Positions 43,335 through 54,246 of a DNA stretch of 64,000 nt are shown in pieces. Source of the DNA: Candidatus Thorarchaeota archaeon (lineage in GTDB: Archaea; Asgardarchaeota; Thorarchaeia; Thorarchaeales; Thorarchaeaceae); contig CAVSBO010000003.1 in the NCBI GenBank assembly GCA_963726195.1, forward strand, positions 288,001-352,000, written 5' to 3'. Below the pieces are notes generated by a model. It saw only the letters and a program-made list of their open reading frames with translations. It did no database searches and was not told the origin of the DNA. Numbering within the stretch: position 1 is the stretch's first letter; every line of letters begins with the position of its first letter. A program made the translations under genes and the position numbers.

Positions 43335-46119
43335 TCAGTTCCGGAGCTGAGTTTTGGTGATTATTCTTCGCGCGCCGGGCTTCTTCGCCCTGATTGCGGC
43401 CTGCGCTGCCGCTAGACGAGCTATGGGCAGTCTGTAAGGTGAACATGACACGTACTGGACCCCGATACCGTAGAAGAACTCGATTGAACGCGGGTCTCCA
43501 CCGTGCTCACCGCATACTCCAATCTTGAGGTTTGGTCTCCTAGACTTTCCCCTCTCAATTGCAATCTTCATGAGCTCTCCGATTCCACGTCTGTCAATGC
43601 TCTGGAAAGGATCATTCATGAGAATGCCTTTCTTAAGATAGTCAGGCAGGAAACTCCCGATGTCATCTCTGGAGAATCCGAAGCCCATCTGGCTGAGGTC
43701 GTTCGTGCCGAAGGAGAAGAACTCTGCAGTCTCGGCCATGTCATGTGCACGCATACAGGCACGGGGGACTTCAATCATGGTCCCATAGGCATAGTCCACC
43801 TTGAAGCCGTGCTTCTTGGTCGCATCTTCACTTGCCTTATCCACGATGGACTTCATCACCCGCAGCTCCTGCGCTCCAATCGTTACAGGAATCATGATTT
43901 CGAGCTTTACCTTCTTGCCTTCTTTGATGAGTTCAGATGCCGCATCTAGAATGGCATGCATCTGTGCCTGTGGTATCTCAGGGTAGGTGATGCAAAGTCG
44001 TACGCCTCGGTGCCCCATCATTGGGTTACTCTCGTGGAGACTCTCGCCTCGCTTCCTGACCTCATCAACACTGATGTGAAGCGCGCTTGCGAGTTTCTCT
44101 TGGCCAATCTTGCTCTGTGGAACGAACTCGTGTAGTGGTGGGTCCAACAACCTGATTGTGACAGGACGACCATCCATTATTTCTAGGGTGCCCTTGATGT
44201 TCTCCTTCATGAACGGTTCGAGCTCATCGAGCGCATGTCGTCTCTCTGCCTCATTGGCGCTCATGATCATCTTGCGAAGAAGGAACAGCGGTTCATCAGA
44301 GCCCTCTCCGTAGAACATGTGCTCCGTCCGATAGAGACCGATTCCCTCTGCTCCGAAGTCGACTGCGTTCTTCGCATCCTTCGGAGTATCTGCGTTAGCT
44401 CTGACACCCATCTTCCGATGCTTGTCAACAATCTTCAGGAATTCCTGCAGTCGGGGGTTGTCTTTTGCACTGATAGTAGGCAACTGACCAGCGTAAACTA
44501 GTCCCTTCGTGCCGTTCAGACTGAGCCAAGTGCCTTCGATGTAAGTCCTGCCGCCGACAGACAGTGTCTTATCAGTGGCACTAATCTGAAGCGCGCCCGC
44601 TCCAACTATGCAGCACTTGCCCCAGCCACGCGTGACGAGCGCAGCGTGGCTTGTCATTCCACCACGTGCGGTAAGCACACCGGCTGCAGCTCTCATTCCC
44701 TCTATATCCTCAGGGCTGGTCTCTTCTCTGATGAGAATTGCGCTCTTTCCTTCTTTGGACCACTTGATTGCATCAGCGGATGTAAACACAATTTGACCAA
44801 CCGCTCCACCGGGTCCTGCAGGCAGTCCTTGAACGATTGGGTTCGCCTTAGCCTCCGCTGCGGGATCTATAATCGGGTAGAGAAGCTGAGTGAGCTGTTC
44901 CGGCTGAATTCTCAATACTGCGGTCTGTTCATCAATAAGCCGCTCATTGAGCATGTCTAGTGCAGTATTCAGCGAAGCAGTGGCCGTGCGCTTTCCAACT
45001 CGGTACTGCACCATCCAGAGCTTGCCGGATTCAATCGTGAACTCGATATCAAGCATATCATGACTGTCATGTTCAAGGGTACTGCGAATGTCCCAGAGCT
45101 GCTGGTACACCTTGGGCATCTCTTCCTGAAGGGAAGGAAGAGTCTTGTTCTGGTCTGTCTTGCTTTCTTCGTTCAACGGGTTAGGTGTCCTCAATCCTGC
45201 CACGACGTCTTCGCCCTGAGCATTGAACAGAACCTCACCGTAGAAGATGTTCCGACCTGTCGCAGGATCTCTTGTGAAAGCAACACCGGTCGCAGAGTCG
45301 TCACCCATGTTGCCAAAAACCATGGACTGTACGGTACATGCTGTACCCCAGTCATCCGGTATGTTCTCAATCCGACGGTAGGCAACAGCACGCTTTCCGT
45401 ACCAGCTCTTGAAGACTGCACCAATGGCACTCCAGAGCTGCTGGTCCGGGTCGTCAGGAAACTCCTTCTTGAGAGCTGATTTCACTTCAGCCTTGAACTC
45501 GTCACAGAGCTCCTTCAAATCAGTGACCGTAGAGCTCTGTGTCAGACTTCGCTCCTCGTTTCTTCTTCTTGACGTCCATAAGCTTCTCCATTCGCTCACG
45601 AATGCCTTGGCCCTCCTCACGCTCAATACCCTCGGCTTTTTCCATTACCACATCAGAGTACATCATGATGAGCCGGCGGTAGCTGTCGTAAGCGAACCGC
45701 TCATTCTTCGTCGTTTGAATGAGACCCTTGATTGTCTTGGAAGTGAGGCCCACATTGAGGACCGTGTCCATCATACCCGGCATTGACATTCGTGCACCAG
45801 ATCTGCAAGACACGAGCAGTGGGTTCTTCGAGTCCCCGAACTTCCGTCCCATTAGCTTCTCAGTTTCCTTTAGGGCGTCTCGGATCTCCTGCTTGAGGTC
45901 CTCAAAGATGACTCCGCCCTGTTTGAAGTAGTCCATGCACGCGGAGGTCGAAATCGTGAATCCTGGGGGCACGGGCAAGCCGAGCAAGACCATTGATGCC
46001 ATGCTAGCTCCTTTTCCACCGAGCTCATCGCGCATGCTCGCTTTGCCGTCTGCGTTGCCGCCTCCAAACTTGTAGACGCGTTTTGGCCTAGCGTCTGCCT
46101 TGGATAACACTGTAGACAT
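43335..46119 (-). CDS. ppdK: Pyruvate, phosphate dikinase (one frameshift near 45530)
   Basis: LGGKG, VPPGFTI, SMPGMMDT, GGMTSHAA phospho-His, FSFGTNDL, GVCGEHGG. Confidence 0.96.
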
Positions 46120-46397
46120 TCCGAATAACCACCTCGGTCTAGAATCTCGCAATAAATGCAAGACAACCAGCGGCGCTTCAACAAAGGAAGCCGCCTCGTC
46201 GGTCGCTCTAGACTCTTGTTTTCGCCTTGTTTATCACCAAAGAGGCCTGCGACTACGCTATTATACCTTCGGTCTGGTCCGTATTTCAGGCGCAATGCTT
46301 TTCAAATCGGGCCATGTTAGCATTCTACACTTGGTCTGATGCTGTTTCATGTAAGCACACCCTCATTGTAGCATGACCAGTAGACGAGGAAGCGTCC

Positions 46398-47862
46398 ATG
46401 ATCGACCTAACAAAAAACGATGCTCAGCTCAAGCGGAATATCCAGCGCTGCAAGGAGCGCAGAATAATCATACCAACATTCGGTCAACTCAAGGACCCGA
46501 AGACAGTTCCTGAGAAAGTCAAGTCGCGGCTCAAGACCATAGGACTGTGGGATATTGCTCCCGAGAATCTGTTCAGGATAACTTGGAAAAACGAGCCGGT
46601 CGAGAAGGGCGGATTGTTCACTACTTCACCGAACTTCCTTGAGATTCCCACCTGAGCTGACAGGGGTTGAAGCAAGAATCATTGCATTGATTGGCAAGTG
46701 GTTCCCCACAGGGTCGCACAAGGTGGGCGCCACCTTCGGCTGCTTGGTTCCTCGTCTCGTTACAGGTCAGTTTGATCCTACAAAGCACAAGGCTGTTTGG
46801 CCCAGCACTGGTAACTTCTGCAGAGGAGGGGCCTACAATGCAACTCTTCTCGGGTGTGACAGCATCGCCATCCTCCCACAGGGTATGTCAAAGGAGAGAT
46901 TCGACTGGCTCAAGACAGTTGCAGGTGAGATTATCACCACACCCGGCAGCGAGAGCAACGTCAAGGAAATCTATGACAAGGTCTGGGAGCTGAAGAGAAC
47001 GCGAAATGACATATTCGTGTTCAACCAGTTCGCTGAGTTCGGCAACTACCTGTTCCACTATGATGTCACTGGTCACGCCATGGAGGAGCTGATTAAGAAA
47101 GAGTCAGGCAGCAGTCATTACAGAGGCGTGTGTCTGACTACCGGCTCCGCAGGCACAATCGCGTGTGGAGACTATCTGAAGCAGGCATATCCGACTTCCA
47201 AGATTGCGGCAGGGGAAGCCGTTCAGTGTCCTACCCTCTGGTTGAACGGCTATGGGGCTCATCGTATCGAGGGCATAGGTGACAAACACGTTCCTTGGAT
47301 ACACAACGTACGGAACACTGATATGATCATCGCAATCGACGACAACGACCCGCTGAATCTCATCAGATTGTTGAATGAGCCTGCAGGCCGCGAGTATCTG
47401 GTCAAGCAAGCGGGAGTGTCTGAAAGTCTAGTCTCGAAGCTAGACCTGCTGGGAATATCAAGCGTTGCCAATGTTCTGATGGCCATCAAGTTCGCCAAGT
47501 ACTATGAGCTGACTCGAAAGGATACTGTGCTTACAGTCTTCACTGACTCGATGTCGATGTATCAGTCCAGACTCAAAGAGGCGACGGAGTCTCATGGTGC
47601 CTATACCGAGAAAGATGCCATCAAGGACTATCACAGACATCTCATGGGACAGAAGACAGATGCCATGACTGAGCTCACATTCCCCGACAGAAAGCGTGTT
47701 CACCATCTGAAGTACTTCACTTGGATTGAGCAGCAGATGTTCGATCTCGAGGAACTGAACCGTCAATGGTACGATGAAACCTACTGGACCGGTAATCAAG
47801 AACTGACTCCCAAGATAGACCGGCTAATCGGTGAGTTCAACGAACGAGTCGGTTTGGCCTAA
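46398..47862 (+). CDS. PLP-dependent fold-type II enzyme (cysteine synthase/TrpB-like; frameshift near 46648)
   Basis: FPTGSHKVGA (PLP Lys), PSTGNF, TGSAGT, HRIEGIG. Confidence 0.88.
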
Positions 47863-47958
47863 GCAGTTGCTTAGCTGTGAGCGGACAGGACTCACCATAT
47901 CCCAACGGACGTCGTCCACTCATGTCACGGTAGTCTACAGATGCCGCTGGTCTTGATC

Positions 47959-48388
47959 TCATCCCTTGAGGAGCTGGCGAATGACAGAAACGAACTCAGT
48001 GGCATCAGCGATTACATTCGGAATCGCTTCGAACAGCAACTGGTAGTCGACCTCAAGATACTGGTGAACAAGTAGGTTGCGCATCGAAATCATGTTCTGA
48101 AGGCTCTTCGACAAACGAGAGTCCAACACACCGTTCTGTTCAAGAATTGCAATCATTTCCCTGTATGAATCAGGAATCCCCAATCGCCTTTGGGCGACGA
48201 TATGACTAGCCACATCCACGACTGACTGAGCTACTCAGCTCGAATGACCGAGCAGTCGCCCGGAGAGTCTTTGCATCCGCGATGAATCGTTCATAGTTAG
48301 GAATGCGGACCGTCTTGAGGAATTCAACTTCCTTGATGATCATGGCCAGTCGTTTGTTTAGCAGTTTTGCATCAATTGCCACAATCAC
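47959..48388 (-). CDS. HEPN/DUF86 RNase toxin (HepT-like; frameshift near 48220-48240)
   Basis: RNLLVHQY (Rx4H-Y) motif; start overlaps MNT stop. Confidence 0.85.
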
Positions 48389-48784
48389 TCGCCGCCCAAG
48401 AACTCATTCAGAAACCTGTCCTCGGAGACCGACCAGTCAGGATAGTTGATCAAGACCTGCTCGACAAATCGATTCCAAAGACCCTCCTCCCGCTCGTAGA
48501 GAACGAGCCCGTCGTGTGCAATTCTGTGAGCCAGTGACCAATTGACATCCTCAATTGTGACGAAATCGAAGGCGCGCTCAGGACCTGTGAACTCGCCAGT
48601 CAGGACAACCCTTAGTTGCGATCTCTCTAGCCTCGATAGTGAAGGTACTGATACTGCGACGTCGTGGTCACTTCTTGGTCCTGATTCGTCCCTCAGCTCT
48701 GGACCCAAATAGAACTATGAAGTCAATCGGACAATTCGCGCTTGACAAGACTCGCCTCACGATGTCTTCCGAATCCAAGTGCAT
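48385..48784 (-). CDS. Minimal nucleotidyltransferase antitoxin (MntA-like; frameshift near 48690)
   Basis: MHLDSEDIV...IVLFGSRAEG then PRSDHDVAV (GSx10DxD); GGTGA RBS. Confidence 0.85.
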
Positions 48785-49130
48785 GATTAATCTCACCAAG
48801 CTGTCACGTGGCTGCCTTGAGCCCTGTCCGATAACGAGAATTAGCGTCAGTCCATATAACGCTTGGGACTCGCGTGTTTTTCCACATAGGATACCATCTG
48901 TCGTTTCTGGTTCTCTTCTTCTCCAAGCCTATCTTGTGGGGCCAGAGTAAGCATCGGACCAATCTCGAACGTCCTTCTTCTTGCCCCACGGCGTATTTTC
49001 TGTATTATACTCTGCTATGACTTTCCTTCAATTGCCGATAGCAGGTGCTTTTCGCAGGTAATTCTTGTCCACAACTTGCTTGAGAATGAAATCCGCCAAA
49101 TCTGCTCTTGAGATGGCTGTTCCTACTTGA

Positions 49131-49319
49131 CCGTTCATTGTTAGTTGGACAAAGTTGGACACAGGAGTCTCTGTCCGCCCAGAAACGGCACTGGGCTCAA
49201 ACTCCTTGAGGTCAAGTTTGTGTCGTTTCAACCTCGAAGGCTGATTCCTTATCAGGGCATATAAGCTCCTACGAGGAGGTGTCCAAGTTTGTCCCAGCTT
49301 TCTGCAGCTGCCGCGTGCC
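49131..49319. mobile_element. ~185-bp non-coding inserted element, copy L (MITE-like, IS607-like core)
   Basis: Flanked by CC on both sides; paired TTGGACA/TGTCC(A/C)A subterminal motifs; homologous to copy R in inverted orientation. Confidence 0.75.
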
Positions 49320-49529
49320 CTGAGTGCGAGAGCTTCAATTGACGCGCTCAATTTCAGAGCGAAAGCAACGATTGCGCTGGTAAAACTCATGATGCGTCCA
49401 GCATACGAAGAGATTGTCCACGTTGCAGAAATTGTCCGGGGCTCCGATCGCGATCGGACGATAGTACGCTTATCATTACTCAACAATAATCCCAAATCCG
49501 GTAACGTTAGAGTCGGCTACATAAGCAAG

Positions 49530-49716
49530 GGTTGACAACAGCTGCATAGAAGTTGGACAATCTTGGACATTCTGGAGTAGGAGCTTAAATAGCTCGGACC
49601 AGACTTCTCTTTGAGGTTGACTCGACACACTCCAGCCTCAAGGAGTACGACCCCAGTGCCGTTTCTGGGCGGACAGAGACTCCTGTGTCCAACTTTGTCC
49701 AACTAACAATGAACGG
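49530..49716. mobile_element. ~185-bp non-coding inserted element, copy R (inverted relative to L)
   Basis: Flanked by GG(T) on both sides; 49652-49717 is the exact reverse complement of 49130-49195. Confidence 0.75.
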
Positions 49717-50111
49717 TAGATGTTATGATGAGCTGGCGTACGCCCTGACTCTCCATCGCGGCAAGTATGTTTCGCATTCCTTGCGCAAGTGGCTTTCCCT
49801 TCTTTCGGGCGCGCGGACCAAGCGTGCTAATGACCGCATCCGCGGCGTTCATTGCGGCCGCAATTGCCTCTTGATCTGACAATTCGCCTTAGACAACCTC
49901 CAAGTGTTCGTTCTGCATGTTGAGCTTGGAAGGGTTGCGAACGTATGCAACAATGTCATTTCCTGAAGCAAGAGCTTGTTCTACAACAGGTCTTCCTGTG
50001 CGTCCGGTTGCGCCAAAAACCAGCAGTTTCATCTTTCATCCTCTTGTATGTAGTACTTCAAATTCCCGTCACATTCATCGATAATCTAATGTCTTCCAAA
50101 GAGCTATCAGT

Positions 50112-50848
50112 CTAGAGGTAAGCAACGATTACTACACTGGCAATCATCAAGAGCAGCGTCATGAGCCCGACCTTCCATGAAAGAGTGGTGCTCTCCTTTT
50201 CAACGATAAGGTCAGAGATTACTCCGACGCCGATAAAGAAGGGGAAAATCGCGAGTGCGGAATTGAAGACTCTGAAAGTGATTGAATACATGAGACCCAC
50301 AAAGAAGAGTTTGCCCAGTTCTTGACCGGGTCTTGTATCCTTCATCTGTTCTTCCAACCCGATGTGATGCAAGCTGTAAAAGATGGAGACCAGCAAAAGC
50401 GCCGGGATTATGCCGAATGCTTCCTCGAAAAGCTGTCTCAAGAAGCTGTAGAAGAACAGAGTTTCGAAGAGCACTCCCACCATCAAATAGAAGATTGTCC
50501 CGGATTTCCCAGAGAGATCGGGTCTGTGTCCCTTGTTCTTTGCTTCGGAGTAGAACATCGCAGCAAGCAGGGCCGCCAGTATTATGTCAGCCGCCATTGC
50601 CCATACCAGATTATCTCCCGGCAAACCAAAATCGTTGAAGGAAAGACCGTTTGTCTTCACCCACCATGTCGGGAGCAAGACACCCAGTCCAACAAGGGTG
50701 ATGACATCACGAAGGGCTACTCGGGTTGCTTTGCTGTTCCTAAACACCATCAGCAGACCACTCAGGAGCACGCAAGCAATGGCCGCCAAGAAAGCGACCA
50801 ATGTCCCTTCGGTCACAGACAAGTTGAACAGCAATACAACCGTCGCAT
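50112..50848 (-). CDS. CPBP (CAAX protease/Abi) family intramembrane protein
   Basis: FETLFFYSF (EExxFR-like) and FYSLHH motifs, multiple TM; probable ATG 50848 after AGGTGA requires a frameshift. Confidence 0.7.
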
Positions 50849-51035
50849 TGTCACCTGAGTTGTCCGAGGGATTGAGCCTTCCTCAAATGCGTTTCTCTAT
50901 CGTGGATTCGAGACTATCTGAGCCGCAAACCGCAGGCAGACGCTAGGAGCCTTTCATTTCAGCTTCTGGTTTGATTGAAACTCGCAAACAGACCGTCCGT
51001 CTTGGCTGCCAATCAGCAACCAAGATGGATTCTCA

Positions 51036-52475
51036 TCAGCTTCTTGAACGGTTCTGACGGACTTTGTAATACTGGCAGGTCCGTGACAACGCACCCACGG
51101 CTTCTCCGACATTCCTGAACACAGGCAGTCCCTCAGTGACGAACGTGTTCCAAGTGGCAGTCCTTTGTTCGGGGTATGCTACCTCCGGCACAGCAACGAG
51201 AAGGGGCTTCTGCTGTACCTCGACCACTTCTTTCGCGGCTTTTGCCAAAGCCTTCCAGAAGTCAGGCATTACATCGAGTGCATCCATGATTGTGGCGACT
51301 TGGTGTATGTTGTGCACATCCGCCTCAACGATTATCGAATCGAAAGCCGGGTCCGCCCCAACGAGCCTGATTACCTCGGACGTAGTCTGATCCTCGTAAT
51401 AGTCTGCCGCCATGTCCACAGGGTTACCGAAGCCTGTCCCGACATCCCTTATGATTTCCCTTAGCTTCGTCACGGTGTCTGGTGAAGTTCGAGGAACCTT
51501 GAGTCCCCTTTCAATACAGAGGTCCGTGTAGATGACGCTTGTTCCACCGCTTATCGTAACCATGCCCACGTTGTTGCCACGAGGAACCGGACACTTTGAG
51601 AAGACACTGAGAGTCGCCTCGAGGTCCTCCAAGGTTGTGACAGTAGGCACGTTCGCCTGTCTGAAAGCGGCAGCCCATAGCTCGTTGTTTCCTGCCAAAG
51701 CCCCAGTGTGGGAAGAGACAACGCGAGTTCCCTCCTGAGACCGTCCGCCTTTGAGAATGACAACCGGTTTCTTGGCCGCGAAGCGCTTGAGCGACTCAAC
51801 CAGAGCTCTCCCATCCTTGGCGCCTTCGAGGTACGCTCCAACAGCTTCTGTTTCGCTGTCGGTCTCGAAGTAGTCGAGAATCTCTGAGGCAGTGATATCT
51901 ATCTGATTGCCAAAGCTGAAGACCTTACTAAACCCAAGACCAGACTCGACTCCGCCGGTATAGGTCGCAATTGCGACTCCTCCTGACTGAGACAAAAACC
52001 CGACATTGCCCGGACCTCTTTTTATTGTCGGCATGAACGCGAATCCAAGCTTCGGATAAAGCAGACCCATGCAGTTCGGACCTAGGACCCTCATCGGGAG
52101 GTTTCGAACAATCTGAGCGAGCTCCTTTTCTCTTTGCCTTCCTTCCTCAGTGCCGAGTTCCGAGTAGCCGCTTGTGAAGATAGTGACGCCCTTGGCACCC
52201 TTGGCTGCACACTCTTTGACAACATCTGCAACATACTTGTACGGTACTGAGATTATCGCATAGTCAATCTTCTCTGGGACTTCAGAAAGGCTTTGGTAGA
52301 CTTTGCGCCCGAGCGCCTCTTCTTCTCCTTTCGACACGAGCCATAGCTTCAGATCATGCGGCCATTGAATCATCGAATGGACCCAATAGTAACCCATCTT
52401 CGAGGAGATTCCGACGATTGCTACGGACTTGATCTTGAGAACGTCGGCAATTGTGGGTCTAGCCCGCGTGCTCAT
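51036..52475 (-). CDS. NDP-forming acyl-CoA synthetase alpha subunit-like (CoA-binding) protein
   Basis: GPNCMG, SQSGG, SFGNQID, SHTGALAG phospho-His, NPVD. Confidence 0.9.
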   Translation of the reverse strand: MSTRARPTIADVLKIKSVAIVGISSKMGYYWVHSMIQWPHDLKLWLVSKGEEEALGRKVYQSLSEVPEKIDYAIISVPYKYVADVVKECAAKGAKGVTIFTSGYSELGTEEGRQREKELAQIVRNLPMRVLGPNCMGLLYPKLGFAFMPTIKRGPGNVGFLSQSGGVAIATYTGGVESGLGFSKVFSFGNQIDITASEILDYFETDSETEAVGAYLEGAKDGRALVESLKRFAAKKPVVILKGGRSQEGTRVVSSHTGALAGNNELWAAAFRQANVPTVTTLEDLEATLSVFSKCPVPRGNNVGMVTISGGTSVIYTDLCIERGLKVPRTSPDTVTKLREIIRDVGTGFGNPVDMAADYYEDQTTSEVIRLVGADPAFDSIIVEADVHNIHQVATIMDALDVMPDFWKALAKAAKEVVEVQQKPLLVAVPEVAYPEQRTATWNTFVTEGLPVFRNVGEAVGALSRTCQYYKVRQNRSRS

Positions 52476-52611
52476 CTAATTCTCACCGGATCCCGGTGCC
52501 GCGGGATGTGGGCATGATTTAACTGTACCGAAAGAAGAAACTTTAATCAGAGACCGAATATGCCGGGCTAACCACGGCCTTGATACCCGAGGTCTTGTGA
52601 GAGCTGCGCGA

Positions 52612-53760
52612 ATGTCAGAAGAACTCAGCCTCGCAGGAGTGTTTCGCCGCTTCAGGAGATTCATTATCCTGTCATTGCTGGTATCTCTGTTGCTGGTACC
52701 TGTTGCGGATGCCCTGATTGTTCAACGAGACCGGAACAGAAGTATGGTCTACGGTGATCTCTTCTGGCAGGTCGGTCTTGGGGTCTACAACATCAGCGAC
52801 CATGACCTAAACGTCACCTATCACGCACCAGCTGACCACATGCTGACAGGTGTCCTGAACGTCACGTACGAGTACCCCATTGTCACACTCCTCTTCTATG
52901 CAGTCTTGGCCGGGATTGAGCCCGGGATTTTCGGTCCAAGTCACTACATCGCGAACTGGGCCCTCGTTCTCTTGGCTCACCTAGATGTGCTAGCGTTTCT
53001 GTATCTCTCGCAAGGCTATTGGGACAAACGGTGGCTGAGACAACTCCTTGCGCTGTTCTACTTCTTTGAAGTTACATATGCTATTGGGTTCGGCAAGATT
53101 GAGCCCCTAGCTGATGCGTTCATGTTGGGAGCCTTTGTTCTCTTTAAGCGGGGTGCGCTTTGGAAGGCGAACGCGCTCTTAGGAGTCGCCGTTCAGACAA
53201 AGGTGTATCCGGGGCTTGCATTTCCCATCTTCTTTGCAGCGGGACCCTTGGCCTCACTCTCGTTTGTTGTAACAATAATAGGTCTATCTCTGCCTCTGCT
53301 CGCGACGGGCATGGGCTATACTTCCCTGATTGCACATCTCACGAACAGTCCGAGCTATGCCAGCATCACGACAAATCCATTCTATCTCGGACTTGCCGCA
53401 GCCAACCCGGTCGCCATAATTGCACCTGCAATACTCGTGGTTGTGCTGTTGTATTCGGTGCTCGTGACAAAACGTTTGGGTCCGATACGAGTTCCTACGC
53501 TCAAACTCAAATCCAAGAGCTTCATGGGACTGTTCATCTTTTGCGTGCCGCTGGTTCTCATGTTCTTCTCGTGGGTTCTAATCTGGTACTACTCTTGGTT
53601 TGTACCTATGGTGTTACTCTTGAAGACACCAGATGAGATGATGAGATACCGATGGATGATTGTCGCGATATGGGTCGCGCATTTTGTTGGAATTGCCCTG
53701 AATCTGCAGTATTTCCTTGTGGGGCCAATAGCTGAGTTCTTCGGCCACCTCAAGCTGTAG
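52612..53760 (+). CDS. Polytopic GT-C-fold glycosyltransferase-like protein (GT87-like)
   Basis: YEYP loop, GKIEP, GVAVQTKVYP, about 10 TM, WYYSW. Confidence 0.6.
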   Translation: MSEELSLAGVFRRFRRFIILSLLVSLLLVPVADALIVQRDRNRSMVYGDLFWQVGLGVYNISDHDLNVTYHAPADHMLTGVLNVTYEYPIVTLLFYAVLAGIEPGIFGPSHYIANWALVLLAHLDVLAFLYLSQGYWDKRWLRQLLALFYFFEVTYAIGFGKIEPLADAFMLGAFVLFKRGALWKANALLGVAVQTKVYPGLAFPIFFAAGPLASLSFVVTIIGLSLPLLATGMGYTSLIAHLTNSPSYASITTNPFYLGLAAANPVAIIAPAILVVVLLYSVLVTKRLGPIRVPTLKLKSKSFMGLFIFCVPLVLMFFSWVLIWYYSWFVPMVLLLKTPDEMMRYRWMIVAIWVAHFVGIALNLQYFLVGPIAEFFGHLKL

Positions 53761-53835
53761 CCAGTGAGCTGCCATCACGCAGACTTTGAAGAGCCTGTTC
53801 ACAGCCCCAGACGAACTGCGGGCCTCTACAGATAC

Positions 53836-54012
53836 CTATGTAGAATAGAAGCATCTCTTAGGAGATTTGACTTTGCCATCCTTCATTAGGACTGTGACAA
53901 TCTTCGTCACTTCTGTGCTGGGAAGGCCTGTTGCTTCTGCAATCTCTCCAGCCTTCATGGGCTTGCCTGCGCCCTTAATCGCATTGTAGACTTTCGTCGC
54001 TTTGTCGTCCAT
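53836..54012 (-). CDS. Small winged helix-turn-helix protein
   Basis: PMKAGEIAEATGL...EVTKIV..LMKDGKVKSPKRCFY; CAGGAG RBS. Confidence 0.8.
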   Translation of the reverse strand: MDDKATKVYNAIKGAGKPMKAGEIAEATGLPSTEVTKIVTVLMKDGKVKSPKRCFYST

Positions 54013-54246
54013 GTGGTTCTCCTGGCACTTGTTGGCAGAATCCGGAGATAAATAGTTTCCAACTAAGGCTAATGATGGGTTGAAACTCACCTTGTTCGTC
54101 ACTAGTACGTTGATATGCGAATCTCTGCAAGGTTCATGACTCGATAGGCGAAGCTAATCGTAATGCGCAATAGGAACCTTTTTCCCCTCGACGGAAGGTT
54201 CCTTCTGAACTAGCGACAGCCGCAGCAAGTGGAGCGGAATAGAAAC

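Larger units (their letters stand above)
49028..50032 (-). pseudogene. NAD(P)H-binding oxidoreductase (flavin reductase/BLVRB-like), disrupted by two insertions, an internal inversion and a premature TAA
   Basis: MKLLVFGATGRTG at 50032; TAA at 49889-49891; central 70 codons on the + strand at 49320-49529; C-terminus ISRADLADFIL; reconstructs to 210 codons. Confidence 0.92.

Noticed and set aside
49028-49495. 155-aa ORF in the track
   Set aside because: It is a chimera of the antisense of the inverted segment, the element, and the true C-terminal 34 codons.
49131-49716. A single 586-bp MITE with 66-bp terminal inverted repeats
   Set aside because: The interior is the host gene's own inverted middle segment and the similarity extends ~185 bp, so two elements plus an inversion fits better.
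24586-50848. A CAAX-processing pathway (ICMT-like + CPBP protease + Rab)
   Set aside because: The genes are tens of kb apart, both enzyme families are common in prokaryotes, and the GTPase has no CAAX motif.
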